From NCBI GenBank assembly GCA_963818165.1, contig CAWFRD010000006.1:152-64151 (forward strand): DNA of 64,000 nucleotides. The letters run 5' to 3'. A program made the translations under genes and the position numbers. This stretch comes from an uncultured Alphaproteobacteria bacterium. GTDB lineage: Bacteria > Pseudomonadota > Alphaproteobacteria > Rhizobiales > Methyloligellaceae. Shown here one piece after another: positions 42,427 to 51,665 of this stretch. Within the stretch, counting starts at the first letter, position 1. Each line of letters begins with the position of its first letter. A model generated the notes under the pieces. That model worked only from the letters and a program-made list of their open reading frames with translations. It had not been told where the DNA came from and did not search any database.

Positions 42427-43226
42427 GCGCCCTGACCTTCGAGTTGAGGAGCGCGCCCGACCAGCGGCTCGACCTCGCGCCGCTCCTCCCGGAACGGCTC
42501 GATGGGCTCAAGCCCAAGGAGATCGAAGCGCTCGCGATCGGGACGACGCGCGTGCCGCTCGCCGTCGGCGACGCCTTCAGGCTCACTGGCGAGGACGCGA
42601 GTGACGTGAGATTCGCCGGTACCGACGCGCGCTGCGACAAGATCGGCACCGGTATGACGAAGGGCGTGATTGTCGTCGACGGCGACGCCGGCGCCTATCT
42701 CGGTGCCGGCATGAAGAAGGGCAAGATCGAGGTCAAAGGCAATGCCGGCGTTTTGGCCGGCGCCAGCATGGCGGGCGGCAGTATCGCCATCGCGGGCGAT
42801 GCCGGCGAGCGCGCCGGCGGCATCCATGTCGGCGAAACGCTGGGCATGAGGGGCGGCGTGCTCACGATCGGCGGCAATGCCGGATCGCTTCTTGGCGAGC
42901 GCATGCGGCGCGGGCTCGTGATCGTGGGCGGCGATGCCGGCGACTATGCCGGCGGCCGCATGGTCGCCGGGGCCATCCTCCTCAAGCGGCGCGTCGGCGC
43001 CAATGCCGGATTTGGCTTGAGGCGCGGCTCTCTAATCTTCGTGGAGCCGCCGAAGGACATTTTGCCGACCTTCGGCGATTGCGGCGTGCTCGAATTCGAC
43101 TATCTCAGGCTTCTCGAACATTGGCTCCGCGCCAACGACAAGCCCGTCAATCTTGGCGCGCGTGCCCGCAGGCTCATGGGCGACATGTCGGTGCTCGGCA
43201 AGGGCGAGATGCTCATCCTTGCATGA
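42423..43226 (+). CDS. fhcC: formyltransferase/hydrolase complex subunit C
   Basis: GTG overlapping fhcD stop; GXXMXXG beta-helix repeats, GERMRRG, GD...GKGE. Confidence 0.92.
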   Translation: MSALTFELRSAPDQRLDLAPLLPERLDGLKPKEIEALAIGTTRVPLAVGDAFRLTGEDASDVRFAGTDARCDKIGTGMTKGVIVVDGDAGAYLGAGMKKGKIEVKGNAGVLAGASMAGGSIAIAGDAGERAGGIHVGETLGMRGGVLTIGGNAGSLLGERMRRGLVIVGGDAGDYAGGRMVAGAILLKRRVGANAGFGLRRGSLIFVEPPKDILPTFGDCGVLEFDYLRLLEHWLRANDKPVNLGARARRLMGDMSVLGKGEMLILA

Positions 43227-43292
43227 GCCGGCCGCGACCGCCCATATGAGCGATGCCTTTGCGATGCGGATGTTGCAGGACCGGCTTGCACG

Positions 43293-45137
43293 ATGACCGC
43301 TTCACGATACGTCCTTCTTGACGACAGCCTCACTCCGGCCGGCCGCAGCCTGCTCTTCACGGACGCCGAGCGCATCGTCGTGGCCCACACGCCCGACGAG
43401 GTCGAGTTCGCGCTCAGAGAGGTCGAGGCCGGATTGGCGGCCGGTCTCCATGCCGCGGGCTTCTTCGCCTACGAGCTTGGCTATTGCCTCGAGCCGAAGC
43501 TCAAGCGCCTCTTGCCCGGCGACGGAAGCGTTCCTCTGCTCTGGTTCGGGCTCTTCCGTGCGCCTCAGCCGCTCGACGATTCCGGCACCCGCGCCTGGCT
43601 CCAGTCGCGGGGCGCCGATGGAAAGGCCGCGATCTCCGGCCTCGAGCTTTCCTGGACGCGCCAGGACTATGACGACGCCTTCGCCAGGGTGCAGGACTAC
43701 ATCGCCGCGGGCGATGTCTATCAGATCAATCTCACGCTGAAATATCGCTTCGACTTTGCCGGCGATCCTGTCGCGCTTTATGCGGCCCTTCGGTGCAAGC
43801 AGCGCGTGGCCTACGGCGCCCTCATCCACACTGGCGCGCTCGACGTGCTTTCGTTCTCGCCCGAACTCTTCTTCCGCCGCGAGGGCAAGCACATCTCGGC
43901 GCGTCCGATGAAGGGCACGGCGCCCAGGGGACGCACGCCACGCGAAGACGCCCGCCTCAAGACCTGGCTCGCCGTCGATGAAAAGCAGCGCGCCGAGAAT
44001 CTCATGATTGTCGATCTCCTGCGCAACGATCTCAGCCGCGTTGCCAAGATCGGCTCGGTCGAGGTCACCGACCTGTTCACGGTCGAGACCTATCGCTCGG
44101 TGCACCAGATGACCTCCGGCATCGTCGCCGAGCTCAGATCCGATATGGGGCTCAAAGACATGCTGCGCGCGCTGTTTCCTTGCGGCTCGGTCACCGGCGC
44201 GCCGAAGGTTCGCGCCATGGAGATCATCCGCGAATTGGAGGGTGAGCCGCGCGGCATCTATACCGGCGCGATTGGCCTGATCGCGCCCTCCGGCGACGCC
44301 CAGTTCAACGTCGCGATCCGCACCGTCGTGCTCGCAAGTCGAGCGGGTGAGATGGGCATCGGCAGCGGCATCGTCGCCAACTCCAAGGTCGAATCCGAGT
44401 TCGACGAGTGTCTGTTGAAGGCGAACTTCCTTACCAAGCTCGATCCCCCCTTCGAGTTGATCGAGACGATCCGCTTCGAGAAAGCGCATGGCTTCCACCT
44501 GCTCGAGCGGCATCTCGCCCGGCTGCAATCCTCGGCGGCGCATTTCGCCTACCCGTTCTCCCGCGAGGCCGTGCTTGCCGCGCTCGAAGTGGAAGCCGCC
44601 CGCATCGAAGCGCCGGTCGCGCTGGTGCGGCTTTTGCTTGCCGAGGACGGCGCCATCGCGGTGACCTCGAGCGCGATCACGCTGCCGACCAAGGAAACGG
44701 TCTGGCGTTTCGCGATCTCGGACCGGCGTCTCGATGAGAAAGACCCGTTCTTCTACCACAAGACCACGCGCCGGCAGTTCTACGAACAGGAGCTGGAGCG
44801 GCAGAAGGCGCTCACCGGCTGCGACGAGGTCGTCTTCCTCAACAGCAAGGGCGAGCTCACCGAAGGCTCGCGCACCAATCTCTTTGTCGAACTCGACGGG
44901 CGCCTGTTCACGCCGGCGCTCGCTTGCGGGCTTCTTCCCGGCACGTTGCGCGAGGAGTTGCTCGATCTGCCGCGCGCGGCAGCGAGCGAGGCGATCCTCA
45001 CCCCGCAAGATTTGCTTGCCGCCGACCGCATCTATCTCGGCAATTCGGTGCGCGGACTCGTTCGTGCCGAGCTGATCGGCGCGGGTGAGGAGGCGGATGG
45101 GCCGCGCGAGCGCGCCCATGCGGCCGCAGGCTCCTAA
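43293..45137 (+). CDS. pabB: aminodeoxychorismate synthase component I fused to ADC lyase
   Basis: GDVYQIN, SPELFF, PMKGT, AENLMIVDLLRND, GSVTGAPK; then LIET, HKTT.R, LTEG.R.N, GLLPGTLR. Confidence 0.9.
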   Translation: MTASRYVLLDDSLTPAGRSLLFTDAERIVVAHTPDEVEFALREVEAGLAAGLHAAGFFAYELGYCLEPKLKRLLPGDGSVPLLWFGLFRAPQPLDDSGTRAWLQSRGADGKAAISGLELSWTRQDYDDAFARVQDYIAAGDVYQINLTLKYRFDFAGDPVALYAALRCKQRVAYGALIHTGALDVLSFSPELFFRREGKHISARPMKGTAPRGRTPREDARLKTWLAVDEKQRAENLMIVDLLRNDLSRVAKIGSVEVTDLFTVETYRSVHQMTSGIVAELRSDMGLKDMLRALFPCGSVTGAPKVRAMEIIRELEGEPRGIYTGAIGLIAPSGDAQFNVAIRTVVLASRAGEMGIGSGIVANSKVESEFDECLLKANFLTKLDPPFELIETIRFEKAHGFHLLERHLARLQSSAAHFAYPFSREAVLAALEVEAARIEAPVALVRLLLAEDGAIAVTSSAITLPTKETVWRFAISDRRLDEKDPFFYHKTTRRQFYEQELERQKALTGCDEVVFLNSKGELTEGSRTNLFVELDGRLFTPALACGLLPGTLREELLDLPRAAASEAILTPQDLLAADRIYLGNSVRGLVRAELIGAGEEADGPRERAHAAAGS

Positions 45138-45143
45138 GTTTTT

Positions 45144-45172
45144 CTGGATTCCGGCTTGCGCCGGAATGACAG
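45144..45172 (-). repeat. REP-like palindrome
   Basis: minus strand CTGTCATTCCGGCGCAAGCCGGAATCCAG just after a stop codon. Confidence 0.7.
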
Positions 45173-45250
45173 AATTGAGAACCGCCACGCCGGGGCCGGC
45201 ATGGCGGTTCGAGAGTATTCATGAGTGCGCGGACGAAGCGCCGGGAATGG

Positions 45251-45757
45251 CTAGGTGCGTTCGTGGCGTTCGTCGCTCGTGGCCGGGGTCGGGCCGTTTG
45301 CGTTCGTGTCCGTATTGAGCCGGCCCGCGGCCTTGCCGAACGAGGCCCTGAGTTCCACCCAGGCCCGCGCCAATCCCTCGCCGACATCCTTGGCGCCCTG
45401 GCGCAGCGGCTCGGATCGTTCCCACATCTGGCGTGCGGCTTCGGTCGACCGCTGGCGCATATCGGCGAACGAATTTTCCGCCTCGTTTACCGCCTGCTGG
45501 CGCACTTCCTCGAGCTCAAGCTCGCGCTCTTTGCGGAAACGCTCCGCGCGGTTTTTCACCTCTTCGAAGCCGGCCTCGAGACTGCGCACCAGCTGGGTCC
45601 CGAGCGCCGCCGTGTGCATTTGCAGATCGGCGAGCTGCCGCCCCAGACTGTCGAGATCGCGCTCGAACTCCGACCACTCCTTGTCCGCCTTGGTCTCGCT
45701 CTTCGTGGATTGCGTGCCGAATTCCGAAGGGTGCTCGGTTTCCATCTCTCGCCTCAT
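45251..45757 (-). CDS. hypothetical coiled-coil protein
   Basis: E/R/A/Q-rich amphipathic helices; lies downstream of ecfG. Confidence 0.7.
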   Translation of the reverse strand: MRREMETEHPSEFGTQSTKSETKADKEWSEFERDLDSLGRQLADLQMHTAALGTQLVRSLEAGFEEVKNRAERFRKERELELEEVRQQAVNEAENSFADMRQRSTEAARQMWERSEPLRQGAKDVGEGLARAWVELRASFGKAAGRLNTDTNANGPTPATSDERHERT

Positions 45758-45999
45758 TCCGTTGAAACAGGGGCCTTAAAGAAAATTCGGGGGCAGCCTT
45801 GTTGCGCGTCCAGCCGGGCCGAGTGTCGGAAGTTTCGCTATCCGTTGGCGTAACGGCCGGCTTTAAGCGGCAATTTGGACAGGACTTAGATTTGGTTTCG
45901 CCGCCTTCCGCTATCAAGGGGCGCGGGCGCCGGCTAACGGGAACCCGCCCGGGCCGCCGCGCATGCGGAAATCAATTGTGGAATCAAGACTCCGGCGCG

Positions 46000-46539
46000 T
46001 CAGGCCGTCTTGCTCAGGCCTTCGCCTGGCGCACCGGTGTCTTCCGGATCGAGGCCGAGCATTGTGGCGAGCCGGTTTCGCGCGCGATTGACGCGGCTCT
46101 TGATCGTGCCCACCGCGCAGCCGGAAATCTCCGCCGCCTCCTCGTAGGAGAAACCGGCCGCACCGACGAGGACCAGGGCCTCGCGCTGGTCGTCGGGAAG
46201 CTCCGAGAGCGCCGCGCGGAAGTCCTGCATGTCCATATGGCCGTGCTGCTCGGCATGCGTCGAAAGCCGCGCCGCATAGGCTCCGTCGGCGTCCTCGACC
46301 TCGCGCCGCCGCTTGCGCCGTTCGGAGAAATAGGTGTTGCGCAGGATGGTAAAGAGCCAAGCCTTGAGATTGGTCCCTTCCTTGAACGATTCCAGATGGT
46401 TCCAGGCCTTGAACAGCGTTTCCTGCACGAGGTCGTCGGCGCGCTCCTTGTCGCCGCAGAGCGAAACGGCAAAAGCGCGCAGGCTGCCGATTTCTGCTAC
46501 GAGCTGGTCTCGCAGGGTGGAAGAGACTTTGCGCCGCAA
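46000..46539 (-). CDS. ecfG: ECF15 sigma factor EcfG (SigT/RpoE2)
   Basis: LRAFAVSL, ADDLVQET, AWLFTILRN, GTIKSRVNRAR; next to nepR and phyR. Confidence 0.95.
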   Translation of the reverse strand: MRRKVSSTLRDQLVAEIGSLRAFAVSLCGDKERADDLVQETLFKAWNHLESFKEGTNLKAWLFTILRNTYFSERRKRRREVEDADGAYAARLSTHAEQHGHMDMQDFRAALSELPDDQREALVLVGAAGFSYEEAAEISGCAVGTIKSRVNRARNRLATMLGLDPEDTGAPGEGLSKTA

Positions 46540-46788
46540 CTATTTGTCCCCGCTTCGCTCAAGATCCTTAAGCAAGCGCAGGAGATGCTCCGGTATGGGT
46601 TCGCGTGCGACCTCGTCGAAGACAGCGCGAACGTGACGGCCGATGTGAGCTTGCAGATTGGGGGAAAGGCCGCTACCGGCGTTTGCCGCCTCGGGCCCGC
46701 CCACGATTTGCGGCGCCCCGTGGTCCAACTCGTCGCTTACACCCGGCATCTTTCGCCGCCGATCCTTGCTTTTCGTGTCGCGCTTCAC
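46540..46788 (-). CDS. nepR: anti-sigma factor NepR
   Basis: IGRHVRAVFDEVAREPIPEHLLRLL; start uncertain (46788 or 46749). Confidence 0.88.
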   Translation of the reverse strand: MKRDTKSKDRRRKMPGVSDELDHGAPQIVGGPEAANAGSGLSPNLQAHIGRHVRAVFDEVAREPIPEHLLRLLKDLERSGDK

Positions 46789-46856
46789 AACCGTTTCCAA
46801 TGGGCTTGTCTCGGGGAAATCCAGGATAACGGATTCTCCAGGGCCGAGGGTGCAAA

Positions 46857-46915
46857 AACGCCCAAGGCCTTCAATTGGTTCCATCTTCTGGAACCGCGCT
46901 TCCGCGCCGCGCGTT
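46857..46915. promoter_or_regulatory. divergent EcfG promoters for nepR-ecfG and phyR
   Basis: GGAAC-N17-CGTT on minus strand (46882-46857) and on plus strand (46890-46915). Confidence 0.85.
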
Positions 46916-47008
46916 TTCCTCTCGCTTCGTGTGGTTTTGAGTTGCCACCCTCCGCCTGGTTTGTGAGAAATGGGGATCGTACCGGGCTCAGCACAAGGTC
47001 ATAGCCGG

Positions 47009-47815
47009 ATGCCGACGTCGAAAACGATCGCGCCTCATCTGCCTTATTTGCGGCGGTTCGCCCGCGCGCTTGCCGGCGCGCAGGCTGCCGGCGATGCCTA
47101 CGTTGCTGCAACGCTCGAAGTTCTGATCGAGGACCCCGCGCTGTTCGACACAGCGCTCGACTCGCGCGTTGCGCTCTACCGCACCTTTGTCGGCCTGTGG
47201 AACTCGGTTGACGTCAACCTCAAACCTGAAGGCGGAAGCGCCTCCACTCCGGTCGATCGTAAGCTCGGGACAATCACGCCTTTGCCGCGGCAGGCCTTTC
47301 TGCTGTCGGCGGTGGAAGGTTTCTCGCCGACCGAGACGGCACAAATTCTCGCTGTCGATATTGCAAAGGTCGATGAGTTGATTGCGACTGCAGGCCGCGA
47401 GATCGCGGCGCAAGTCGCGACCGACGTTCTCATCATCGAAGACGAGCCCATGATCGCCATGGACCTTGAAAGCATCGTCGAAGGTCTCGGCCACCGTGTC
47501 ATGGGCACGGCCCGCACCCATGCCGAAGCGGTCAGCGCCGCGGGTCAGCGCAAGCCCGGCCTCGTGCTCGCCGACATTCAGCTTGCCGACGGCAGCTCGG
47601 GCCTCGACGCGGTCAACGAAATGCTCGGGTCATTCGCCGTGCCGGTCATTTTCATCACCGCCTATCCCGCCCGGCTTCTGACCGGCGAGCGGCCGGAGCC
47701 CGCCTTCCTCATCACCAAGCCCTATCAACCCGACACGGTGAAGGCGATCGTCTCGCAGGCGCTCTTCTTCGAGCGCCGCGCGCAACCGCGCGACAGGCAG
47801 CCGGGTCTAGGCTGA
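47009..47815 (+). CDS. phyR: anti-anti-sigma response regulator PhyR
   Basis: HLPYLRRFARAL sigma-like domain; IIEDE, ADIQLADGSSG, PAFLITKP receiver. Confidence 0.95.
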   Translation: MPTSKTIAPHLPYLRRFARALAGAQAAGDAYVAATLEVLIEDPALFDTALDSRVALYRTFVGLWNSVDVNLKPEGGSASTPVDRKLGTITPLPRQAFLLSAVEGFSPTETAQILAVDIAKVDELIATAGREIAAQVATDVLIIEDEPMIAMDLESIVEGLGHRVMGTARTHAEAVSAAGQRKPGLVLADIQLADGSSGLDAVNEMLGSFAVPVIFITAYPARLLTGERPEPAFLITKPYQPDTVKAIVSQALFFERRAQPRDRQPGLG

Positions 47816-47839
47816 AGCGCAGCGGACTCCGATCCGGCG

Positions 47840-47995
47840 TCAGACCTTGCCGAGCAGCACAAGGATGAGAAGGATCACGAGGATCAGACCCACCACGCCT
47901 GAAGGGCCGTAACCCCAACCCCGGCTATGTGGCCACGCCGGAAACGCTCCGAGCAATATCAAAATCAGAATGATGATGAGAATCGTCGTCAGCAT
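47840..47995 (-). CDS. DUF3309 family small membrane protein (not in ORF track)
   Basis: MLTTILIIILILILLGAFPAWPHSRGWGYGPSGVVGLILVILLILVLLGKV; GGGGG RBS. Confidence 0.88.
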   Translation of the reverse strand: MLTTILIIILILILLGAFPAWPHSRGWGYGPSGVVGLILVILLILVLLGKV

Positions 47996-48228
47996 CGTGT
48001 CCCCCTTTTGGCCTGCGTCCGGCCGCTATTCCAGCCTGCCCAGAAACGCTCCTGAAGTCTTTCCTGGATCCTAGCGTCGCTGAAGCCTACTCCTTTTCGC
48101 GGCCGCTCACTAGCGGGCACCGACACTATCGAAGGCTGGGTCGAGCCGGTCGCAACGGTCTTGATCGCTTGCCGGAAATCAAATGAACTCGCTTGACAGT
48201 CTGGCGGCGCTGGAAGGGTGCCAAGCGT

Positions 48229-48573
48229 ATGGCGGCAACGCATATCCTCGTGGTCGAAGACGAGTTCCTCATCGCGCTCGACATTGCCGCCGTGCTTGAG
48301 CAGGCAGGCCTCACCGTGATCGGCCCCGCAGGGAATGTCCGCGATGCGCTCGACGCCATCGCCGGCGAGACCGTCCACGGCGCGCTGCTCGACGCCCATC
48401 TCGCGGGCGAGCCGGCGAGCCGTATCGCCGATGCGTTGATTGCGCGAGGCATACCCTTCGCCTTTGTCAGCGGCTATGGCCGCGAGCATCTTCCGGCGGC
48501 GTACCGCAATGCTCCGCTCGTGAAGAAGCCGTTCACCGGGATTGACTTGCTTGCCGCGGTGGCGCGCTTCTAG
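48229..48573 (+). CDS. single-domain response regulator
   Basis: ILVVEDE, ALLD, FVSGY, KPF. Confidence 0.88.
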   Translation: MAATHILVVEDEFLIALDIAAVLEQAGLTVIGPAGNVRDALDAIAGETVHGALLDAHLAGEPASRIADALIARGIPFAFVSGYGREHLPAAYRNAPLVKKPFTGIDLLAAVARF

Positions 48574-48600
48574 AGCGGCTTTTCGCCGGATGGCGATCCT

Positions 48601-48625
48601 GCAACCATTCACTGGAACGGGTGTT
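48601..48625 (+). promoter_or_regulatory. putative EcfG promoter for DUF1328 gene
   Basis: GCAAC-N16-TGTT. Confidence 0.5.
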
Positions 48626-48684
48626 CTACCGGGTGCGCATGGCGGGCAGCACGCCGGGCCTTCCGTTTCAAGCCGGAGTCGGGG

Positions 48685-48840
48685 ATGCTTTACGGGGCAC
48701 TGATATTCGCCGCAGCCGCGCTCGTGGCCGGCGTGTTCGGGTTTAGCGACCTTGCCTCCGCCGCCGCCGCGATCGCGCGCATCCTGTTCTTCGTCTTCGT
48801 GGTCATGTTCCTGGTGACGCTCATTGCCGCCATTCTGTAG
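48685..48840 (+). CDS. DUF1328 (YtjA-like) small membrane protein (not in ORF track)
   Basis: MLYGALIFAAAALVAGVFGFSDLASAAAAIARILFFVFVVMFLVTLIAAIL. Confidence 0.85.
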   Translation: MLYGALIFAAAALVAGVFGFSDLASAAAAIARILFFVFVVMFLVTLIAAIL

Positions 48841-48867
48841 AGGCCGCCGCCCATCCTTGCACCCTCG

Positions 48868-48965
48868 AAAAGGGAGACGCCCGCAACCGGGGAGGACGGT
48901 TGCGGGCGACGAGTTCGAGCGCACCAGGGGAGGGGCGGGACGATGGTTCGCGTGCCCTCGAACGA
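48868..48965 (-). ncRNA. candidate EcfG-dependent small RNA with two C-rich loops (GsrN-like architecture)
   Basis: GGAAC-N16-CGTT promoter at 48996-48972; two hairpins with loops containing CCCCUCCCC and UCCUCCC; U-run at 3' end; no credible ORF. Confidence 0.65.
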
Positions 48966-49209
48966 AAGACTAACGCCGCTGGCACTAAAGAGTTCCCCGC
49001 AAGCCGTTGCTTGCGGGCGGCTTGCGGAGGTGGACCTGGGGGTTATCTCCGCCGGCTAGGCCTTGGAGATGGCCCCGTTTTTTCGACACCGGGACGTGAT
49101 CGTCCGTGCGCGCAAGTTGAATTGCCGGAGCGCCGGCAGCGCCTACATTCATGCTGGAACAGAACGTGCCCGGGACGCGCCGGAGAGCGGGCAGGACCAA
49201 GGAGAGATT

Positions 49210-49704
49210 ATGGTTAGGCGACGTGACATTCTTTTGGGCGGCGCTGCGGTCGCGGCTCTCGCCGCGGCCGGTGTCGCTCTCAAATGGCGCGGGCGCGCCA
49301 GTGCCGCGACCGAGACATTCGAGGTGACGAAGACGCCGGAGGAATGGCGCAAGCTGCTCACGCCCGAGCAATACGCCGTGTTGCGTGAGGCCGACACCGA
49401 GCGTCCCTTCACCAGTCCGCTGAACAAGGAGAAGCGCGAAGGGACTTTCGTCTGCGCGGGCTGCGACCTGCCGCTCTTCGCCTCCAAGACCAAGTTCGAT
49501 AGCGGCACGGGCTGGCCGAGCTTCTACGCGCCGATCGAGGGCGCGGTGAAACAGGACAGCGATTTCGCCTTCGGCATGGTGCGCGAGGAGGTGCATTGCC
49601 GCCGCTGCGGCGGCCATCTCGGCCATGTGTTCGACGACGGCCCCAAGCCCACGGGGCTCCGCTATTGCATCAACGGGGTCGCGCTGAAATTCGTCCCGGC
49701 CTAG
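49210..49704 (+). CDS. msrB: peptide-methionine (R)-S-oxide reductase with Tat-like signal
   Basis: RRRDIL N-terminus; [33 protein letters not shown]. Confidence 0.95.
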   Translation: MVRRRDILLGGAAVAALAAAGVALKWRGRASAATETFEVTKTPEEWRKLLTPEQYAVLREADTERPFTSPLNKEKREGTFVCAGCDLPLFASKTKFDSGTGWPSFYAPIEGAVKQDSDFAFGMVREEVHCRRCGGHLGHVFDDGPKPTGLRYCINGVALKFVPA

Positions 49705-50045
49705 CCGGCCAAGTCTCGCCGCGTCCCGGCCGAAAAGCGCGGATTTCCGGTCATTTCCGGCCCGCCCGCTTTTTTGTTGAGGCTTGATGGAACCCCCGGG
49801 ACCTTTCGCGGTTCGATGAAGTTTGGCGGGGGTTCAGTGTCGCGTTCCCTGTCCAGCCGTGTACGGGGGTGAAAGGGTCGGGTCCGACCCTTTCGCTCAC
49901 CCCTCCATCCCTTCGCGATCTCCGACTTTCATCAAAGCGCCTCCCGTCCAAGACGCTCGACAGGCGCCACATTTCTTCCGCACCGTGCGCCTCGATACGC
50001 GAGCAGCGGGCGCGTGCACCGGCGCCCGGAGAGGGAGGTCTTGCG

Positions 50046-51079
50046 ATGAAGGGCACTGAACACGCCGAGGCGAAGACGCCGCCGCCGCTGGCGATGATGC
50101 GGCTCCTGTTCGGCAAGCAGGTTTCCTATGCGCTTTCCGGCTTGGCGCGGCTCGGCATTGCCGATCATATGGAGGGCACGCCGCGGCCGGTCGAGGAGAT
50201 CGCCGCCAAAGCGAAAGCGCATGCGCCCTCGCTCTATCGCGTCATGCGGATGCTTGCAGGCTTTGGCGTATTCCAGCGAGGGAGCGCCGCGCCAATTCGC
50301 GCTGACGCCGATGGGCGAGCTGCTGAGGAGCGATGCGCCGGGCTCGATGCGCTACACCGCAATGATGTTCGGCGAGGAGTTCTCAACCCGCGCCTATGAG
50401 CATATCGCCGCCTGCCTTCGCACCGGGACCGACGGCGTGAGCGAGGCTTATGGCAAGCCGATCTGGGAGGTGCTGGCCGAGCGGCCGAAGCAATGCGAAG
50501 TCGTTCCAGAACGCCATGACCGCAATGAGCGCGGTCGCGGCGAAAGGCGTGGTCGAGGCTTACGACTTCTCGGGCATCGAGCGCCTCGCCGACGTCGGGG
50601 GCGGGCACGGGGTTCTGCTCGCCTCCATCCTGCGCGCTTACCCTGATATGCAAGGGGTGCTGTTCGACCGGCCCGAGGTGATCTCATCGGTGCCGAAGGA
50701 CCAATTCGCCGGCTGCGAGGATCGCATCGCGCTCGAGGCGGGAAGCTTCTTCGAGCGCGTGCCTGACGGATGCGACGCCTATCTGATGAAGTACATCGTT
50801 CACGACTGGAGCGACGCGCATTGCCGCGCGATTCTCGACCTCATGCGCGCGAAGCTCCCGCCGCAGGGTCGCGTCCTGCTCTGCGAGATGGTGGTGACCG
50901 GCGAGCCCGGGCCTACGCCCGCCAAGCTGCTCGATATCGAGATGCTGGTGATGACGGTCGGGGGCAAGGAGCGCACGCGAGAGGAATTCGCCGCGCTGTT
51001 CGCGGCTTCGGGCTTGCGGCTCAACCGCATCGTGCCGACATCGGGCCCGATCTCGGTGATCGAGGCGGTCCCCGCCTAG
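50046..51079 (+). CDS. class II SAM-dependent O-methyltransferase (apparent frameshifts near 50273 and 50498)
   Basis: dimerisation domain (L..LGIAD, LYR.MR.L), DVGGGHG, FDRP, GSFFE, HDW.D, GKERT..EF spread over three frames. Confidence 0.85.
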
Positions 51080-51114
51080 CCGACGCGCGTCCTGCGCGCC
51101 TCGTCTCTTTTCTA

Positions 51115-51256
51115 ACCTCCCCCTCGTGGGGAGGTCCGACGCTGCTGAAGGCGGCGTCGGGGTGGGGGCCTTCGCCTCAAGCGGCAAACCCCTCATCCTG
51201 AGGAGCCGCCGAAGGCTGCGTCTCGAAGGAGATGTTCCGGTCACGATGCTTCGAGG
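51115..51256. repeat. two REP-like palindromic elements, the second truncated
   Basis: ACCTCCCC..GGGGAGGT plus CCGACG..CGTCGG; CCTCATCCTGAGGAG...CGTCTCGAAGGA followed by only the start of its inverted arm (TGCTTCGAG). Confidence 0.65.
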
Positions 51257-51665
51257 AGTCCCTTCGCCGGCACGGCCATGTTGTTTATGCGACTGACCTC
51301 GTGGATTACACCTCGCGTGATCAAGACAAATCCGGTTGGGATTTTCTCTTAGAGCGGCAGCTACCGATCGGCGTCGAGATGATCATAACAAACCCGCCCT
51401 TCAAGCTGGCCGGCCCCTTTGCCGCCCATGCGCTTGAGCTTTGCCCGCGCGTGATCATGCTCTTGCGGCTTGCCTTCCTCGAGTCCGAGCGCCGCACCGC
51501 GATCCTCGACGGCGGCAGGTCGCCCGCGTTCATGTGTTCAAGTCGCGCTTGCCGATGATGCATCGACACGGATGGCAAGGCCCGCGCTCCACGTCGAGCA
51601 CGGCCTTCGCGTGGTTTGTCTGGGACGCCGGCCATGACGGGCCGGCCCGCCGAGCGTATGCGTGA
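51257..51665 (+). pseudogene. phage-type amino (N6-adenine) DNA methyltransferase, N-terminally truncated and frameshifted
   Basis: ATDLVDY, GWDFL, IITNPPF (motif IV), LLRLAFLE, RLPMMHR.GW.G, FAWFVWD. Confidence 0.75.

Noticed and set aside
51100..51300. attR copy of the tRNA-Asn 3' end
   Set aside because: No repeat of TGGCTCCCCGGGCCGG found by eye at the left boundary, so integration at the tRNA is inferred only from adjacency.
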